The notes under the pieces are model-generated. The model had not been told where the DNA came from, did no database searches, and worked only from the letters and a program-made list of their open reading frames with translations. Of a DNA stretch of 64,000 nt, positions 1-14,026 are shown in pieces. How positions within the stretch are numbered: the first letter of the stretch is position 1; every line of letters starts with the position of its first letter. Origin of the DNA: Psilocybe cubensis (taxonomy: Eukaryota); contig CM039005.1 of assembly GCA_017499595.2 (NCBI GenBank), positions 186,001 through 250,000 on the forward strand, in the 5' to 3' direction. Position numbers and translations under genes: made by a program.

Positions 1-3000
1 AACACTTATACACACACAAATGTTTGGGACCCAAAGGCCAGAAACCCAGGGCGAAGGCTCCCCACAAAGAGCAGACCATGATAGAACTGGATTGGAACAT
101 GACAACACATGGAACCAATCGGGTGAGCAGATCACGACCCAGACAGAACAAATGAGGACAAAGAGGACAAAGGCATCTCTAAAAATTGCATCCCTGAACA
201 TCAACGGGTACGGAAGTGCAACCAAAGAGAGAAGATCAAGTGATAAATGGTTGCATTTGAAGCAGATAATGTACGACAAAAAGATAGCCATACTAATGAT
301 CCAGGAGGCACATCTGGATGACGCTAGAGAACAAGATGTGGAAAAACTCTTTGAGAACCAACTGACCATAATTAAATCAGCAGACCCGGAGAGGCCACGC
401 GCCCGATCAGGAGTAGCATACTTAATCGACAAACGCCAAGTGAAGCGTGAGGATATAGGAGTAAGTAGACAGATAATACCAGGCAGAGCAATGTCCCTGG
501 ATATCAACGCACACGAAGGCCATCCCATCCGGCTACTGAATGTGTACGCCCCAAACGACAGAGTTGAGAACAAAGAATTCTGGGGGACCTTGAAAGAACA
601 CTATGCGACGCACACAAGGGACAGACCCAATGTAATGGGAGGTGACTTCAACATAGTAGAAGATAAAATAGATCGCCTCCCTATGAGACTCACCACGGAC
701 TCTACACAAGCGCTACAAGCCCTGGACGCACTGAAGAGCTTACTGCTACTGTCAGATGGATGGAGAAGAACGTTCCCTAGCACAAAGAGGTGGACCTATC
801 GGCAACAAACAGAGGACGGGTCACAATCTCGCATCGATAGAATTTATGTTACAGATAGAGTATTTCAAGCCGCGAGGGAGTGGGCAATACTGCCATGCCA
901 CTTAAGTGACCACGACATTGTGACAACCACGGTAGTTAATGAAAACTCCCCAAGTATTGGGAAAGGGAGAAGGTCTGTGCCTCGACATCTACTTAAAGAC
1001 AGCTGGTACACATCGAGGATCATCAAGGAGGCAAGGAGACTTGAGCAAGCCATACAAGCAATTACACCAGAATCAAGAGACGATAACAATAACATTCAGA
1101 TAATGTTCAAAACTTTCAAAGACAACCTCCTCCAGTTGGCAATACAACGAGAAAAACAAACTGTACCTACAATCATGCTACAAATGAAGGAGGCAGAGGA
1201 GGAAATGGAGAATATTAGCAATGACAGTGACATGTCGATGGCAGAGAGGATCAGGAGAACGAACGACGTCCAAACAAGACTAGAACGCCTGGAACGGTCA
1301 CGGCACCAGCACAAACGAAAAGAACAGGCCGCCACGAACCGACTAGAGGGAGAAACTATAGGCAGATACTGGTCACAGATTAATAAAGCCCGGACACCAA
1401 GAGATACCATAAGGGCACTAAGGTACCCGGACCCAGTGGGGCAACAACTAGCTCATGTAGAGGAGAACATGACTACTAGATCTCAAGCCCCGCTTCTAGA
1501 AAAGGACTCGCAAAAAATGGCCAACATGATGAGAGAATTCCACCAAAAGTTACAACAAGAAGGCAGCGAAACCCCAATGCAGGACCCAGAACGCCAAAAG
1601 TGTATGGACAAAGCCCTAGAAGCACTGAACACCTTCCTAACAGATGACCAGCAGAAAGAGATGGCGGAACAAATATCAAAGGATGAGGTGCGAATGGCTG
1701 TGACAGAAGCAGCGAACTGGAAAGCGCCAGGATTAGATGGTATTCCCAACGAAATCTGGAAATACTTGACGAAGCAAGATACTAGACACAGGGCAAGGTC
1801 ACTGGACGTAGGATCCAATTCAGGAGAGCCAGCGCAACCGGACATGCTACAGATGCTGACTGACCTATACAATGACATAGAAACCCATGGAATATGTGAT
1901 GGAACGGGTTTTACAGATGGGTGGATGTGCCCCCTGTACAAAAAGAAAGCAAAGGAGGAGATGGAGAATTATAGGCCACTAACGATGCTGAACACGGACT
2001 ACAAGATACTCACCAAAGTTCTTTCCATAAGGCTAAGTAAGGTAGCCACAACACTGATCCACGAAAACCAAGCAGGCTTCATAAAAGGCAGAAGCATAAC
2101 GGACCAGACCAAATTGCTAGAATGCATGATAGATCATGCGGAGCTGACAAGTACCAATGGGGCCATTATTGCTCTGGATCAAGAGAAAGCATACGATAAA
2201 ATAGCCCATGATTACTTATGGATGATCCTGAAAAGGTTTGGGATACCAGACACCTTTATCAGTCTGCTACAGAAACTATACAGCGGTGCAACAACAAGGG
2301 TGATGATAAACGGCCACATGAGCAAGCCGTACAGCATCCGAAGAGGGGTAAGGCAAGGCTGCCCATTATCCTGCTTGATCTTTGACTTAGCAATAGAAGC
2401 CTTGGCGGCCATGCTAAGAAAATCACCAAAGCTGAAGGGATACAAGATACCAGGGCTAACTGAAAAGCTAATTGCCATCTTATTTGCAGACGATACATCA
2501 GTCTTCCTGCAAGCGACGGATAAGTTCAGTGACTTAGAAGACATCCTAAGGGAGTGGTGCACTGCTTCACAGGCAAAATTTAACCTTGAAAAAACAGTAC
2601 TCATACCTATCGGGGCGGAGGAGTATAGGGAAACCCTGATCAGAACAAGATCAATGGATGCAGATCAGATCAGATTACCGGACCACCTGCACATTGCAAG
2701 AGATGGCAAAGCAAGCCGCCTGCTAGGGGCCTGGATAGGCAATGGAGTAGACATAACAGGAGTGTGGACCCCAGTCCTAGAAAAGATTGACAGGAGTCTA
2801 GCGCAGTGGGCGAAGAGCCACCCAACAATGGAAGGCCGCCGGCTGATCATACAGATGGTGGTAGGGGGAATGTCACAATATATGACACAGGCCCAAGAAA
2901 TGCCCAAAAACGTTGAGCGAAGGCTCGACAAGAAGATACAAGACTACCTGTGGGGAGATAGGCTGATAAGAAATATTAACGCAGACACACTGAAGGGCCA

Positions 3001-5318
3001 GATAGCTCGAGGAGGACGAAAGCTCCTGGACATCGAGGCCAGAAACGAAGCCATAAAAATTACAACGCTCAAATCCTACCTACTCCAGGGACCAAAACGC
3101 CCAACATGGGCATACGTCATGGACGCCATACTGGCAAGAGGAGCGGTCCAAAGAACGGCACTACCGCAGCACTTAAGATCAAATATATTCCTGCAAAAAT
3201 GGGAGGCTTACAAAGGGCAGAAGAGCACTCCGACAGCCAGACGACTGTTGACAACTGCAAAAAAACACAACCTCCAGCTGGACACCACCAACTTACCAAA
3301 CTTGGTCATAGACAATATACCAGCTTGGCACCTGAGAGACGCAGAACCCGCGATGCTACGCATGACCTACTCAGCAAGAGGGAAATGCCTGCATGAAAGA
3401 CACCAGTTACTCACCATTGGCCAAATAATGGCCGAGGCCCAAAAAGCGGAAGGCAGTGGTCATACCAATGACAATACTTGTAAGTGCACAAACTGCACTG
3501 AAACAGCCAGTAAGCATGGATGTGACAACCCAGCGGCATGCTATCAGACGGCAATGGAATTGATGAGGAAACTGCCATCCAGATGGCAAAGACAAGACAA
3601 CCACCTCACACCAACACCACCTAGAAGAACACAAACACCAGCAACACCCGGTGTCGACGAGACGCATATAGGAAGAACAAGGGACATTGCGACAGGCTCA
3701 ACTATGCCAACTGCTCTGGTGGACGCCTTCCGGATATTCACGAAAGGGATACATAACAGGAACAGACCAAATCAGATGCTTGAACAACGGCCCAAACCTG
3801 ATGATGAGAGGTTGATAATAGGCACTCACTACGGCAGAAAGAGACTCACTCCATTTGCCGGACTAGCTGTGGTGCGGAAAACGAGGAATGGAATTACATC
3901 AATCAAGAAGTTTAAACTGCACCCACTGCAGAGCAAGAACAAGACGTCCACCGAACTCGCGGCCATTAAAACGGCGTTAGACATGGCCCCATTGGAAGCG
4001 GACATCGAGATAGTGACAGAAAACAAAAAGGCCTTCAACCTTCTAACGAGCTCGCCAGCGGGAAGAGAAGACAACGACTACCTCGGGATCCCAGGCAGTG
4101 GACTGCTGCGGGCAATTGTGGCAAAAACCAGGATGCAACCAGGAAGGAGCCAAATCACAATTGCAAGAGCGCAACAAGGTCGTGAAACAACGATCGCTAA
4201 AAACTTAGCTAAAGAAACTGACCCATACACAGTGGGGAAACTGGTACCCACGTCAATCAACCCAGACTGGTCCACCACAGGAGCAGTATTAAGCAATATG
4301 ACGCAAGCACAAGCCTACAGACACCTGCGCGCTGCGAAAGACACAAACTCTATGGAAAGGAGGAGCACAACACTTATTGTGGCGGCCGCATTAGAACAGA
4401 CTGAACAGCTGAATCCGGTCATTGCACCGACCCCGGAAGACTTGTGGAAGGCGATAAGGCACAAAGACCTAGCACGCACGACTAGGTACTTCCTGTGGAT
4501 GTCACTCCATGACGCCTACATGGTAGGCCGAAATTGGCTACGAGGGAGTTTTAGTGAGGAACTGCAAATGCGGAGCCAATGTGTACGATGCCAAACAACG
4601 GAAACGATGCAACACGTACTTTTTGAATGCTCTCACCCCGGGCAGGGAATGATATGGGCCTTGACCCGGACAATCTGGGAAGAAAAAACGACGGTCCGAC
4701 TCCCAGCAAGTTGGCCCCAGCAGGGCACACTAGGAATGATTATATTAGGTCACCGAATATACGTCGCCAAAAGCTCGGACAAAGGGAAACAACGAGGAGA
4801 AGAACGGCTGCTGTGCATAATCTTGGCGGAAGCAGCACACCTGATATGGGAAGATGAGGTGCGAACGTGTGATAGCTCGACAAGGTGAGCCGTTCTCTGA
4901 CCAAGAGGTGGAAAGGAAACACAAAAAGACATTAGAGGAGAGACTACTCCTGGACGTACACCTGACGCACCGCAGGTTCGTTAGAAAAGCACTTCCCAGA
5001 AAGACGGTGGAGGCAACGTGGAGAGGCACAGGCATAGGGGAGCTTCTGTTGCCCAAAAGTTGGTCAGAACAATCTGACGGAGTTTTAGTGGGTATTGCAA
5101 GCACTGATGACGATGGCAGGACGAGAGACAAATAGCGATCTGCACGAAAGAAAGCGAGCCCCACACGACGTGCGTAAAAGCATTTCTCCGTGGTAACAAC
5201 ACTGACTGACTACAACCCTAAAAAACAACACACAATTCGGGTTTAATGCCCCGAAAACTATAGCGAGGCTCTTGAAGCGGTGCGACCGTGGACGAGAGCC
5301 CATATCCAAACGCTCCAC

Positions 5319-5354
<36 letters not shown>
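1..5354 (+). mobile_element. Non-LTR retrotransposon (L1-clade-like LINE), 5' part outside the window, ending in a poly(A) tail
   Basis: Long APE-RT ORF followed by an ~185-bp 3' UTR and an A35 run at 5320-5354; strongly A-rich sense strand. The TSD cannot be tested because the 5' end is not in the window. Confidence 0.93.
20..5135 (+). CDS. LINE ORF2: AP endonuclease, reverse transcriptase, degenerate RNase H, C-terminal Cys/His region; one +1 frameshift near 4848-4850
   Basis: Motifs SLNING, IQE, NVYAPN, GGDFN, SRIDRIY, LSDH (APE); APGLDG, NYRPL, LDQEKAYD, GVRQGCPLS, FADD (RT); CVRC..ETMQHVLFEC. Removing one G from ATATGGGAAG gives IWKMRCERVI and joins ORF 4854-5135. Confidence 0.92.
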
Positions 5355-5356
<2 letters not shown>

Positions 5357-5525
5357 AAAAGACTATCGAATTGACAACGTGCAGAGTTACTTAAGGGCAG
5401 GCTTCGCACGTGATTTTCCCCCCTCCAACTCAGCACGGTGCAGCCTACTCCTGTTCGACTTCCGGTTGAAAAGCAAGATATCTTGGACAGAATGTGATAA
5501 CTGCCCTATTTCATCACTATATCTA

Positions 5526-6711
5526 TTATATCTCACTTGTATTATTGAATTCCAACTCTTCTCTTAATGGCTCAGACCGTGCGGCGGTGATATGAGGAGA
5601 TATCAAGCCAAGCCTTGCCACCATAGCTGTCGGAGCCAATCCCTGCAAATTTTTTTGAGAATTACAGTCCACATCATTCAAGAGAATACGTACCGCAGTA
5701 ATAACCAATATAACTTGCAGATAATACTTCGCTTCCGACAAAGACAAGGTAACCTCGTTCAACGGCGGTACAACCCCGACAATGGCAAAAAGAAGTAGCA
5801 CGAGCGTGTACAACGCCGACGACTCGACTATCGTTGCTATAATACGGTTGTACCTGGTAATCGACGTGACGCGCAGGTTGTTTATCTCTTTGTTTACCTG
5901 ATGGATTCTGTAGGCAATGAATAATGTTGCACAGGAGGTGCTGGCGAGCGATGTGAACGCGAGGGCGGTGATGAGGTTGTTGAATGTCATGGCTCGGTGG
6001 TGGCTGTTGAAAAGGGGAAATATCCCGTGAAATAGGGCGGTAGTAATGGATAGACCTTGAAGAACATGAGTGTCAAAAGAGTTACAATTTTTACACCTGT
6101 GCTAACCGGTTTCTGCGAAGAGGAATAGCAATGGAACCGAGATAATTTTCCAGGACCGGCCCCAAACGTGGAAGCAACGCCATATCTGTTAGAAATGATA
6201 TCAGCTTGAATCATTGCTTGAGCGAGAATAAAACAGTACCAAGAGAGCATCGGCGCAGACTAGCAACAAATTGAGAAGAACCTCGTTCAGTATCTGAAGC
6301 CATATCGGTGCACCCAGCCCCACCGCTGCCCGGAACACGGAATCTTGTGTCTTTCCGTGCTCAATAAATGCCCAATTGAGAAAATACCAGTTTAAAAACA
6401 GGTCGATGAGGCAGAGAAGGTAAAGTGCCGATATTGACACAGACACGATACGGCGACCAGAGTTTGAGGAACTTCTTGCAGATACTGGGCAGTTGTGGCT
6501 TTCAAGTGAAGGTTTATAACTATAAAGCTCACACGTACGGTGGATATACATTGTGCCAGCATATACGACTGTATATATTCCTTGGATATTTTTAATTACT
6601 TCACCTCTGATTCCTGTTGAAATTTGACGTACCCATGAGAAAATTTTGAAGCATCGAGCTGTTTAGAGCTGCGCTGATAGTATAATTTTCAGACTTGCTC
6701 TGGTCGGCCAT
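5526..6711 (-). CDS. Multi-exon 7TM-like membrane protein, agaricomycete-expanded family (paralog 1)
   Basis: ATG at 6711 (MADQSKSENYTISAALNSSMLQNFLMG); GT-AG exons with ADALL|IWRCFHVW, IVESSALY and GLAPTAMVARL, shared with four other copies in the window. Confidence 0.85.
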
Positions 6712-7711
6712 GGCTGCGTCGTAAGCTATAATTCTTCAAGTTCAAGTGGTTCAGTGATATATAGCCAGTCAATGGTTACTCAGAGATCCGACCTCTTTGG
6801 AGACATACCCGTAGCACATGGCTATTTGTTAGGGAACACAATGAACTGGACAAGAGAACATCGATCTACATCTAAGTAGGTATGTTGAAATAGACCTGAC
6901 TATGTGCACTTGAGTCTTCTACGTCAGTTTCCCACATGTCACATTGATCCGTGGAACGCACAGTAGAACATCATCCTCGTCTCATTATTATCAATATGTG
7001 TATCAATGGATTTAAACCGGGTGCATACCCATTCTGTGTGCTTCTAGCTGGACCTCACTGGTGATACATGTCTAATTTTGTTACAAGCCATGATATTTCA
7101 TTTTTATTTAAATTAAAATGTCGGAAAAAACATCAGGGCGTGAGCTGCAACACAATACCGGGTGGTCGAGTTTTTAATCCTTGGGCCTCTTGGGTATATT
7201 TTCTTCAACCTTTCTCAGCATTGTTGATAAATGGCCGCTTTTATTCCTGTACAGAATATTACCGCTTATTTCATGTATTCCGTACCGTGCTTCACCCCTA
7301 GTGCTATATTCTAAGAAGATGTCTACAAGTTAAACTCGTTCAATCAGTTGCTTACAGAAATCCGTTTTGAAGCGGCTGGTCCCCGAAGATGCTTCAACGT
7401 CATAGTGCCCGGCACTCGAATATTCTTTGTGGTGTCGATTGATCTGTGAGCTCACTGAGGTAATACCCCACTCAATGAATGAAGGCCCAACTCGATACAA
7501 CACATGGCATTGCCTGCGCACACGCCCCCTATATACCCTAACTTCCGATCGTGATTTCTTTGAGCGAGTGTGATCCCCTTCGGGTGAACACGCCTGCACC
7601 TCGTGTGAGAAAGGATAGCCTGGTGCAAGGTGTCTAATTGACTCCAAGTGACCCCGTCGTTGACTGAGAAATTACTTAAAGGCGGTTATTAAGTCTACAG
7701 GAAGGATACTA

Positions 7712-9386
7712 CAGTTGAACCCCTCTTAACCCATACCTCTCAAAACCCATAATCCCTCATAACCCATAGCCCCGGCTGTCCACCAAGTTGGTTCGCAGGA
7801 AATTGCACACCATAACACAGGGGGCAAAATCCCGCACGGTAAAAATTTCACCGTGCCCGACACGGTTACGCCACGGTTGACCTACGGTTGACACAAGGGA
7901 ACCAAAAATTGGCATGTATGCAGTCATGTGACTTAATTAGCAGCATGACTCCGAACAAAGGGGGTTTGAGCGCTGTGATTGGCTGGGTTGAGTTGAAAGG
8001 AAAGGCAATGTCAACGGGCGTTTGTTCACTGTTGATTAAGTTTAGTATACATTTTTTTGTATTTTTCTATTCCATGCTACTATTCTCAAAGGAATTGTTT
8101 TTCAATATGTATAAGGTATGCAACAAATTCTATCAATACTGAAACCAACCCTAAAGATAGCCTAAACACCTTAGCTTTTTTTCAAGTTCTGCAGAGGTGA
8201 AAAGCTTTCATCTGGTATGGCATAGAACCATACCCACGCAAACCACCACTATATGAAAAAAACAGGTATATATGACATGGATGATGAAAAGTTAGACACC
8301 AACCTGTGGTCCATAAAAATACAAAAACACGGTGAAGACCTCAATTAAAACCTCCTTATACACCCAGCATAAGACACCCTCCTTTACCATTAGTTTTAAT
8401 TCTACTTTGACATTCCTACAATAAAGATATTTCATTTCAAAAGGTAATAAACCAACCATATCTGTTCTGCCCCCTTTTTCTTTCCACATTGAAGCCTGTT
8501 TTCCTAGATACACAGTGCAAAGAAATATTACTGACCACTGATCAATACTTCGTAATAAAACAGTATTACTGGAAAGCCATATATTATAGTGATTCAATTG
8601 CTTCATGCAAGTTAACAAATCGAGTACAAATAATCAATGGAATTGGCTTGCTGACGCAGGTTAACCTTCCAAAAGCAAGCTTAACATTGAGTAGGTAATT
8701 TAAGTATTTCGTAAAAAAATAGTGCTCAATGGTACCGTTTGCTCACCGCGATTCCACCGTGGTCCAACCGTGTCGATCACGGTCAAATTTTAACCGTGCC
8801 GGAGTTTGCCCCCAGTGTCACCAATAACCCATAACCCATACCCCTTCACTCTCAAAACCCATAGGTTTGACCTACCATATATAGGCTGGGACCTTTATTT
8901 TTGTTTCAAAATTTAGTACGCTGGTGGCTTATTTGGGTAATGTACCACTGAAAACTCCTCGTAGCTACAAAAAAATGAAAATTTTTCGCCGGAGGCTCGA
9001 CACACTGGCTTGGAAACTTCGGCAATCATTCGGCAAGGAATTTTCAACCCCGCTCTGTTATTACCAAATACATCAGCGACATAAACAATCCTACTGCCCG
9101 TACAATTGAAACACTTTTGGACTCATTAAATAGAAAACTGCACCTTGAAGAGACCAGAACAATAAAGACACTCTAGTGTCTGATTATTTTAGATCATAGC
9201 TAGTAGTACCTTAAATGTATCTAATTGGTATCCGTCTTATCATCGTGGAATTTTTTGAGTATTTTTAACGATTTTTTCGCCAATTTTCACGCCTGTTTTT
9301 AAGCATACCTCCCTAAACCCATAACCCCTGATAACCCATACCCTGAGCCGTCCACCGAGAGGTATGGGTTAAGAGGGGTTCAACTG
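7712..9386. mobile_element. Non-autonomous Tc1/mariner-pogo-like element (MITE)
   Basis: Perfect 30-bp TIR CAGTTGAACCCCTCTTAACCCATACCTCTC (7712-7741 / 9357-9386), TA on both sides (7710-11, 9387-88), repeated AACCCATA motifs, no transposase ORF. Confidence 0.92.
7816..8817. mobile_element. Nested non-autonomous TIR element with CACAG/CACTG termini (CMC/CACTA-like)
   Basis: Imperfect ~55-bp inverted ends CACAGGGGGCAAA... / ...TTTGCCCCCAGTG with repeated CACGGT/ACCGTG motifs; no clean TSD visible. Confidence 0.7.
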
Positions 9387-9695
9387 TACCCCCAATCTTT
9401 GGACATTGTATCTGCCATCTCTACAAACGTGTCTCTCACCTAGACCCTGGCTTGGCAAAGTCGAGGCTCCGACGGAGCGTGTATGACGTTTTTGTTTATC
9501 CGAAAACATTACATAAAATTGCATCAAATCAGAACAGCCACCGAACGCGTTGCTTGTGCCTCTTTCCTTTGCTTTGACACTCTTGAACTACGCACAAGTG
9601 CCTCACCAATATTCTCGCCTCTGCTTTGCATATTCCTGAACAACACAAAACAGACATCTGTGATAAAACTTTCGTCAGCAGAAGAAGAACAGTAT

Positions 9696-12408
9696 ATGGC
9701 ACTGGAGCATGTCGTGAGACGCGCGATACACCTCCACGTACAGGACCCAGCATCCGGCGGTGCTGGGTACCACAACTATCTGGCGCAGCGGGACGGAGAG
9801 ACACCTTTTGGAGACCTCTTGCTTGCTGTGTTTAATGTGAGTTTTTTCTTTACGAACACTGTCGTCGCCGACACTTATCAATTTTGAACCCCTTATCCTT
9901 ATCGCCTTCCCGACAACAACGATACGCACCTGCGTCGCAGTCCATCCTTGAAGTCTTCATTCTGTGCGCGGCTGGATACATCCTGGCTCGCCAGGGTATT
10001 TTAGATAAGAAGACCCAAAAGGTACGGTGTATTCTAGTCTATTTTGGGGGGCGCAATACGCGGAGGGGCGCTTGATATAGCATCGGGACTTGACATTGGA
10101 GAATGATACTGATACACATTTATAGCAAATCAACAGACTCAACGTGTCTCTCTTCACCCCCGCGCTACTCTTCTCCAAGGTTGCGTTTTACTTGACGCCA
10201 GGTACGTCGTTGCCGGTTCCTCTATGCCAAGTTGTGTTGACGAGAGTGGTATAGAGAAGCTGAAGGAGCTTTGGGTCATTCCGATATGGTTTATGATCGT
10301 TACTTTGACATCTATGGCGGTGGGACGAGTTTTGGGCTGGTCGTTCGGGCTGAGGAAGTCGCAGAGGTATGTCTTGTCTATGATTCTCAATCACCATCTT
10401 TCGTAGTTGACACACGGACTTAACAGGAGCTTTATCATGGCTGCAGCAATGTTCATGAACTCGAACGCACTTCCCATTGCACTGATGCAGAGTTTGGTCA
10501 CATCCGTCCCCGACCTCGCATGGGGTAGCGACGACAACAAGAACGCAATGCTCGGCCGCGCCTTGACATATTTGACGATGTATAGCACACTAGGAATGGT
10601 GGTAAGTTTGCTCTATGGATGTGTTGAGGACAGTGAGGTCATACCTTCCCAGGTCCGTTACAGCTATGGCGTCAGCCTCCTCTCGCGCGCCGACACTATT
10701 CTCACCCCAGCAACGATCGTCTCGTCCACCGTAACACCATCCACATCGATACTAGGCCTCGATACTGAGACAGGCGAACGCACACCGTTATTAGTAGACT
10801 TTGACGATGATGAGACAGAGGCTGGTGGTGAGCATGATCTGAAAACTCACCCGTCGACATCGACACTCGTGCACTCGACATCGACCCCAAAGGACAAGAA
10901 GGGGAAGATGGTAAATCATTTTACAGAATCCCCTACATCCTCCGTTTCATCCTCACCGCGCATTGGCGCCTCGGGCTCGGGGGCGGACACAGGAGCTGGG
11001 ATCACAGCAACAGCGGCAACGGGAGGAAGGCCGCCTCGTCTGACTCCTGGAAGGCGGAATACTACGTTCTATAACTCATTCCCAAACAGCCCCAACGAAA
11101 GCCGCGCGGACTTGCCTGCATGGGGTGTCAATGGGAGCTCAGGGGCCCCGCCAGGTATTGCCACTGATGGGCGTATGGAGCACGAGAGTGACAGTGAGGA
11201 GGAGGAAGATGAAGTCGCGCACAACCTCGACCGTACCGCTGCCGACCTCGAACATGGAACGCACCATCGCGATGCCGCACGACCACCGTCCTCATTCTCA
11301 AAGTTTGTTTCGTCCGTCTCTGCAGCTTTGCAGCCTGTGAAGAAATATGTTCTCCTGCCTATTACATCCTTCCTGCTCGCTGTACACGCGTTCATGACTG
11401 TTCCCCTTTATGCGGCGTTGCTGTCGCTCATTGTGGCTCTCACACCGCCGCTGCAGTACGCTTTGGAGCACAATGAGGTGTTGAGACCTGTCAATGGGGC
11501 AATTGGAACGTGTGGAAAGTGCGCTGTGCCTATCACGCTGGTTGTTCTAGGTGGTTACTTTTGGAGCGACGAGGATGGTGCAGTTGATGCTAAAGATAAA
11601 GCAAAGAAGAAGAAAAAGCCGAAAAAAGATAGGAGAAGCTACCTTCAGCGTGTCAAAGAGTTTTTGCATATCTCGACCTCGGAGGATTCTGGTTCGACTC
11701 CCACAATTGAACCGGGCAAGAAACCTGGTGAGACGAAGACTGTGATGCTTTCAATTCTGGCAAGGATGATCATTACGCCTCTGGTGCTTACTCCCTTGAT
11801 GGTTATGGCGACGATGAGCGATTGGCATGCTGTGTTTGAGGAGTGAGTCTTTTTTCTTTTTTTTTTCTTTTTCTTTTTGCTGTGGCTATAGTGGTGCGCC
11901 TTTCTCCATTTAATACGCGTATGCGTACGTTCTCTCTTCATTATTTTGTCCACTTCTGCACCTTGTAGTGTGCTGTTCAGAGTAACGTATGCTTTCGGAG
12001 CTCTATGGCTCTCCACTTTTTTTTATTGCTTTGAGGATCTATCATGTGGTCCATGCGTCGTGCCTCTTGAGCATTTTTACCCCTCTGCACACCACTCTTC
12101 AATCACCCGCTCACCCACTTGTTCTTATTACACCGCTATTCTACTATTTTTGCACAACGATAACCTAATTCAATTTACTGACACGCTTTCCTCTCTTCTC
12201 TGTACACAGCCCCGTCTTCGTCGTCGTTAACACCCTTCTGCTGTGCTCACCCCCTGCCCTTACCCTTGCGCAGATCACATCTGCGGGCGCGGGCGGTGGT
12301 TCGTTCGAACGGCTCATCAGTCGCACGATTTTCTGGAGCTACTGTGTGATGACGCCTGTGGTAATGTTGGGTAGTGTGCTGGGTGGGTTGTGGTTGGCTG
12401 AGCTATGA
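9696..12408 (+). CDS. Auxin efflux carrier family (PIN-LIKES/Mem_trans) membrane transporter, multi-exon
   Basis: Spliced translation ILEVFILCAAGYILARQGILDKKTQK|QINRLNVSLFTPALLFSKVAF, MFMNSNALPIALMQSL, long Ser/acidic loop, CAVPITLVVLG, C-terminal PVFVVVN..SPPALTLAQI..FERLISRTIFWSY; stop at 12406-12408. Confidence 0.9.
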
Positions 12409-14026
12409 GTTGTGGTTTGTGGTTTGGTGGATGAATTTTGAGGTTAAAATTGAGGCTCAGGCCTCAGGGCCGGTGGGTCGTAGAACATGTAGCGGATCTA
12501 GTTGGGGATTTTCTGGATGTGAGCTAGTTGACGGGTTTGTCCTAGTCTCTTTCTTGGTGCCAAATCTCTTCTTCTTGCTTTTTCTTCTTTCATTCAATCT
12601 CTCTGTCATTTTTCTCTCTGCTTTAGTTCACCTACGATTTCAGCATCCATCATGTCCTACAATTTTTCCCTTGCATTTTCTTTTTCATACAATTGGCACA
12701 ACTCGTTCATTCTTTTTCGATTTTTTGGTTGTCTCATCTCTTACTTACAGTATGATCCAATTACTTACTCACCAATATAGCCGGTAGACCTTGTTTTTGT
12801 CTTCTTTTCCTTGTAGCCTAGTTTTCTCTTTGCTCGTCGACGTTTCAAATCTAAACATAGCGCATGCCAGTCCCAGTTGTTGTACATCGAGTCCACATCT
12901 TTTTACCATGCTCATTTCCATTCTTGTGATAAATCTGAATGTACTCAACCTCCGCAAGTATCAGCTCAGGATATATTTTGTTGACCCCTCATTAGCACGA
13001 GATGAGTCTTTCTCCGTCCTGCCGGAGGTAATTTCGGAGTCCGAATTAGTCAATTCCGCCGACAAGTCGGCTGGCGGCATATCCAAAAATGGCAAATGCG
13101 TCCGGCACCCGAGGAATAAATCAAAGTCAGACTCCGGCTCCCGACAAAGTTGTCATCGACATGTCGGCTGATCAAAGCACAGACAAGATTGAGTCCAAAA
13201 GCAAAAGCTACATGCAATAGTACAATCTAGTGCTCGATGGTCGATGGCAAAACGGGATTTTCGGAACTGTAACCTGATCCATGACTATGTAAGTTTTGTC
13301 ACTTTCCAACTAGGGTTCCGTTCGGAGTCTGATTACACATACGTATCATTGTTATTACCGCCTCTATATGATCACATTACAGTTGTTGTTATGATATCAT
13401 GTCATCTGTCACCTAAAAGTTAATTCTGAACAGATGGGAAAATGGGAGCTCATGGAGATCCATCCATATGTCCCAAAATAAATTCGTACACGCTGGATTG
13501 GATTGAAAATTCCGGTTTCACAAGGACCTCGTTGCATTATTAACTCGACGATAAGCGTTGCTTTGAATCTGATTTTAGATATTAGTTGATACGAGTGTAT
13601 CCTGGTTAGCTTCACGTATCCTCGAGAAAGCCTGAAGATTGTTGCTTGTAAATGCGATCGAGAGCATAGGAGGATATTAATACCCTTGGGTGATTGTACC
13701 TATCTTCACCAGTACATGTTGTGAATCACGATACGAGATAAGACCACAGTTAGCATATAGCACAATATGTCCCTGTACTTCAATATGTTTTTGTCATGAC
13801 GTTTGGACTGTTTTCCTGGTATGTCGTTACAGCCTGATTCGGAAATCATGGATATGTTCACTTTTGAATAGATGATATGTCAACGTGCGCTGAGGGACAG
13901 ATTTTCCATGGAGACTACATAACACAGCCATAAGATACGTATCCGAAGCTTTCACTCTTTTAGATACAGTGGGGATATAATAGCGAGTCTTCTGTAAGCG
14001 TTTCCTTATGTCCTTGTCTCTTTTCC

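Noticed and set aside
5104-5150. Possible hammerhead ribozyme (CTGATGA ... GAAA)
   Set aside because: Stem II would close on a C-C mismatch, flanking stems are not evident, and the motif lies in coding sequence.
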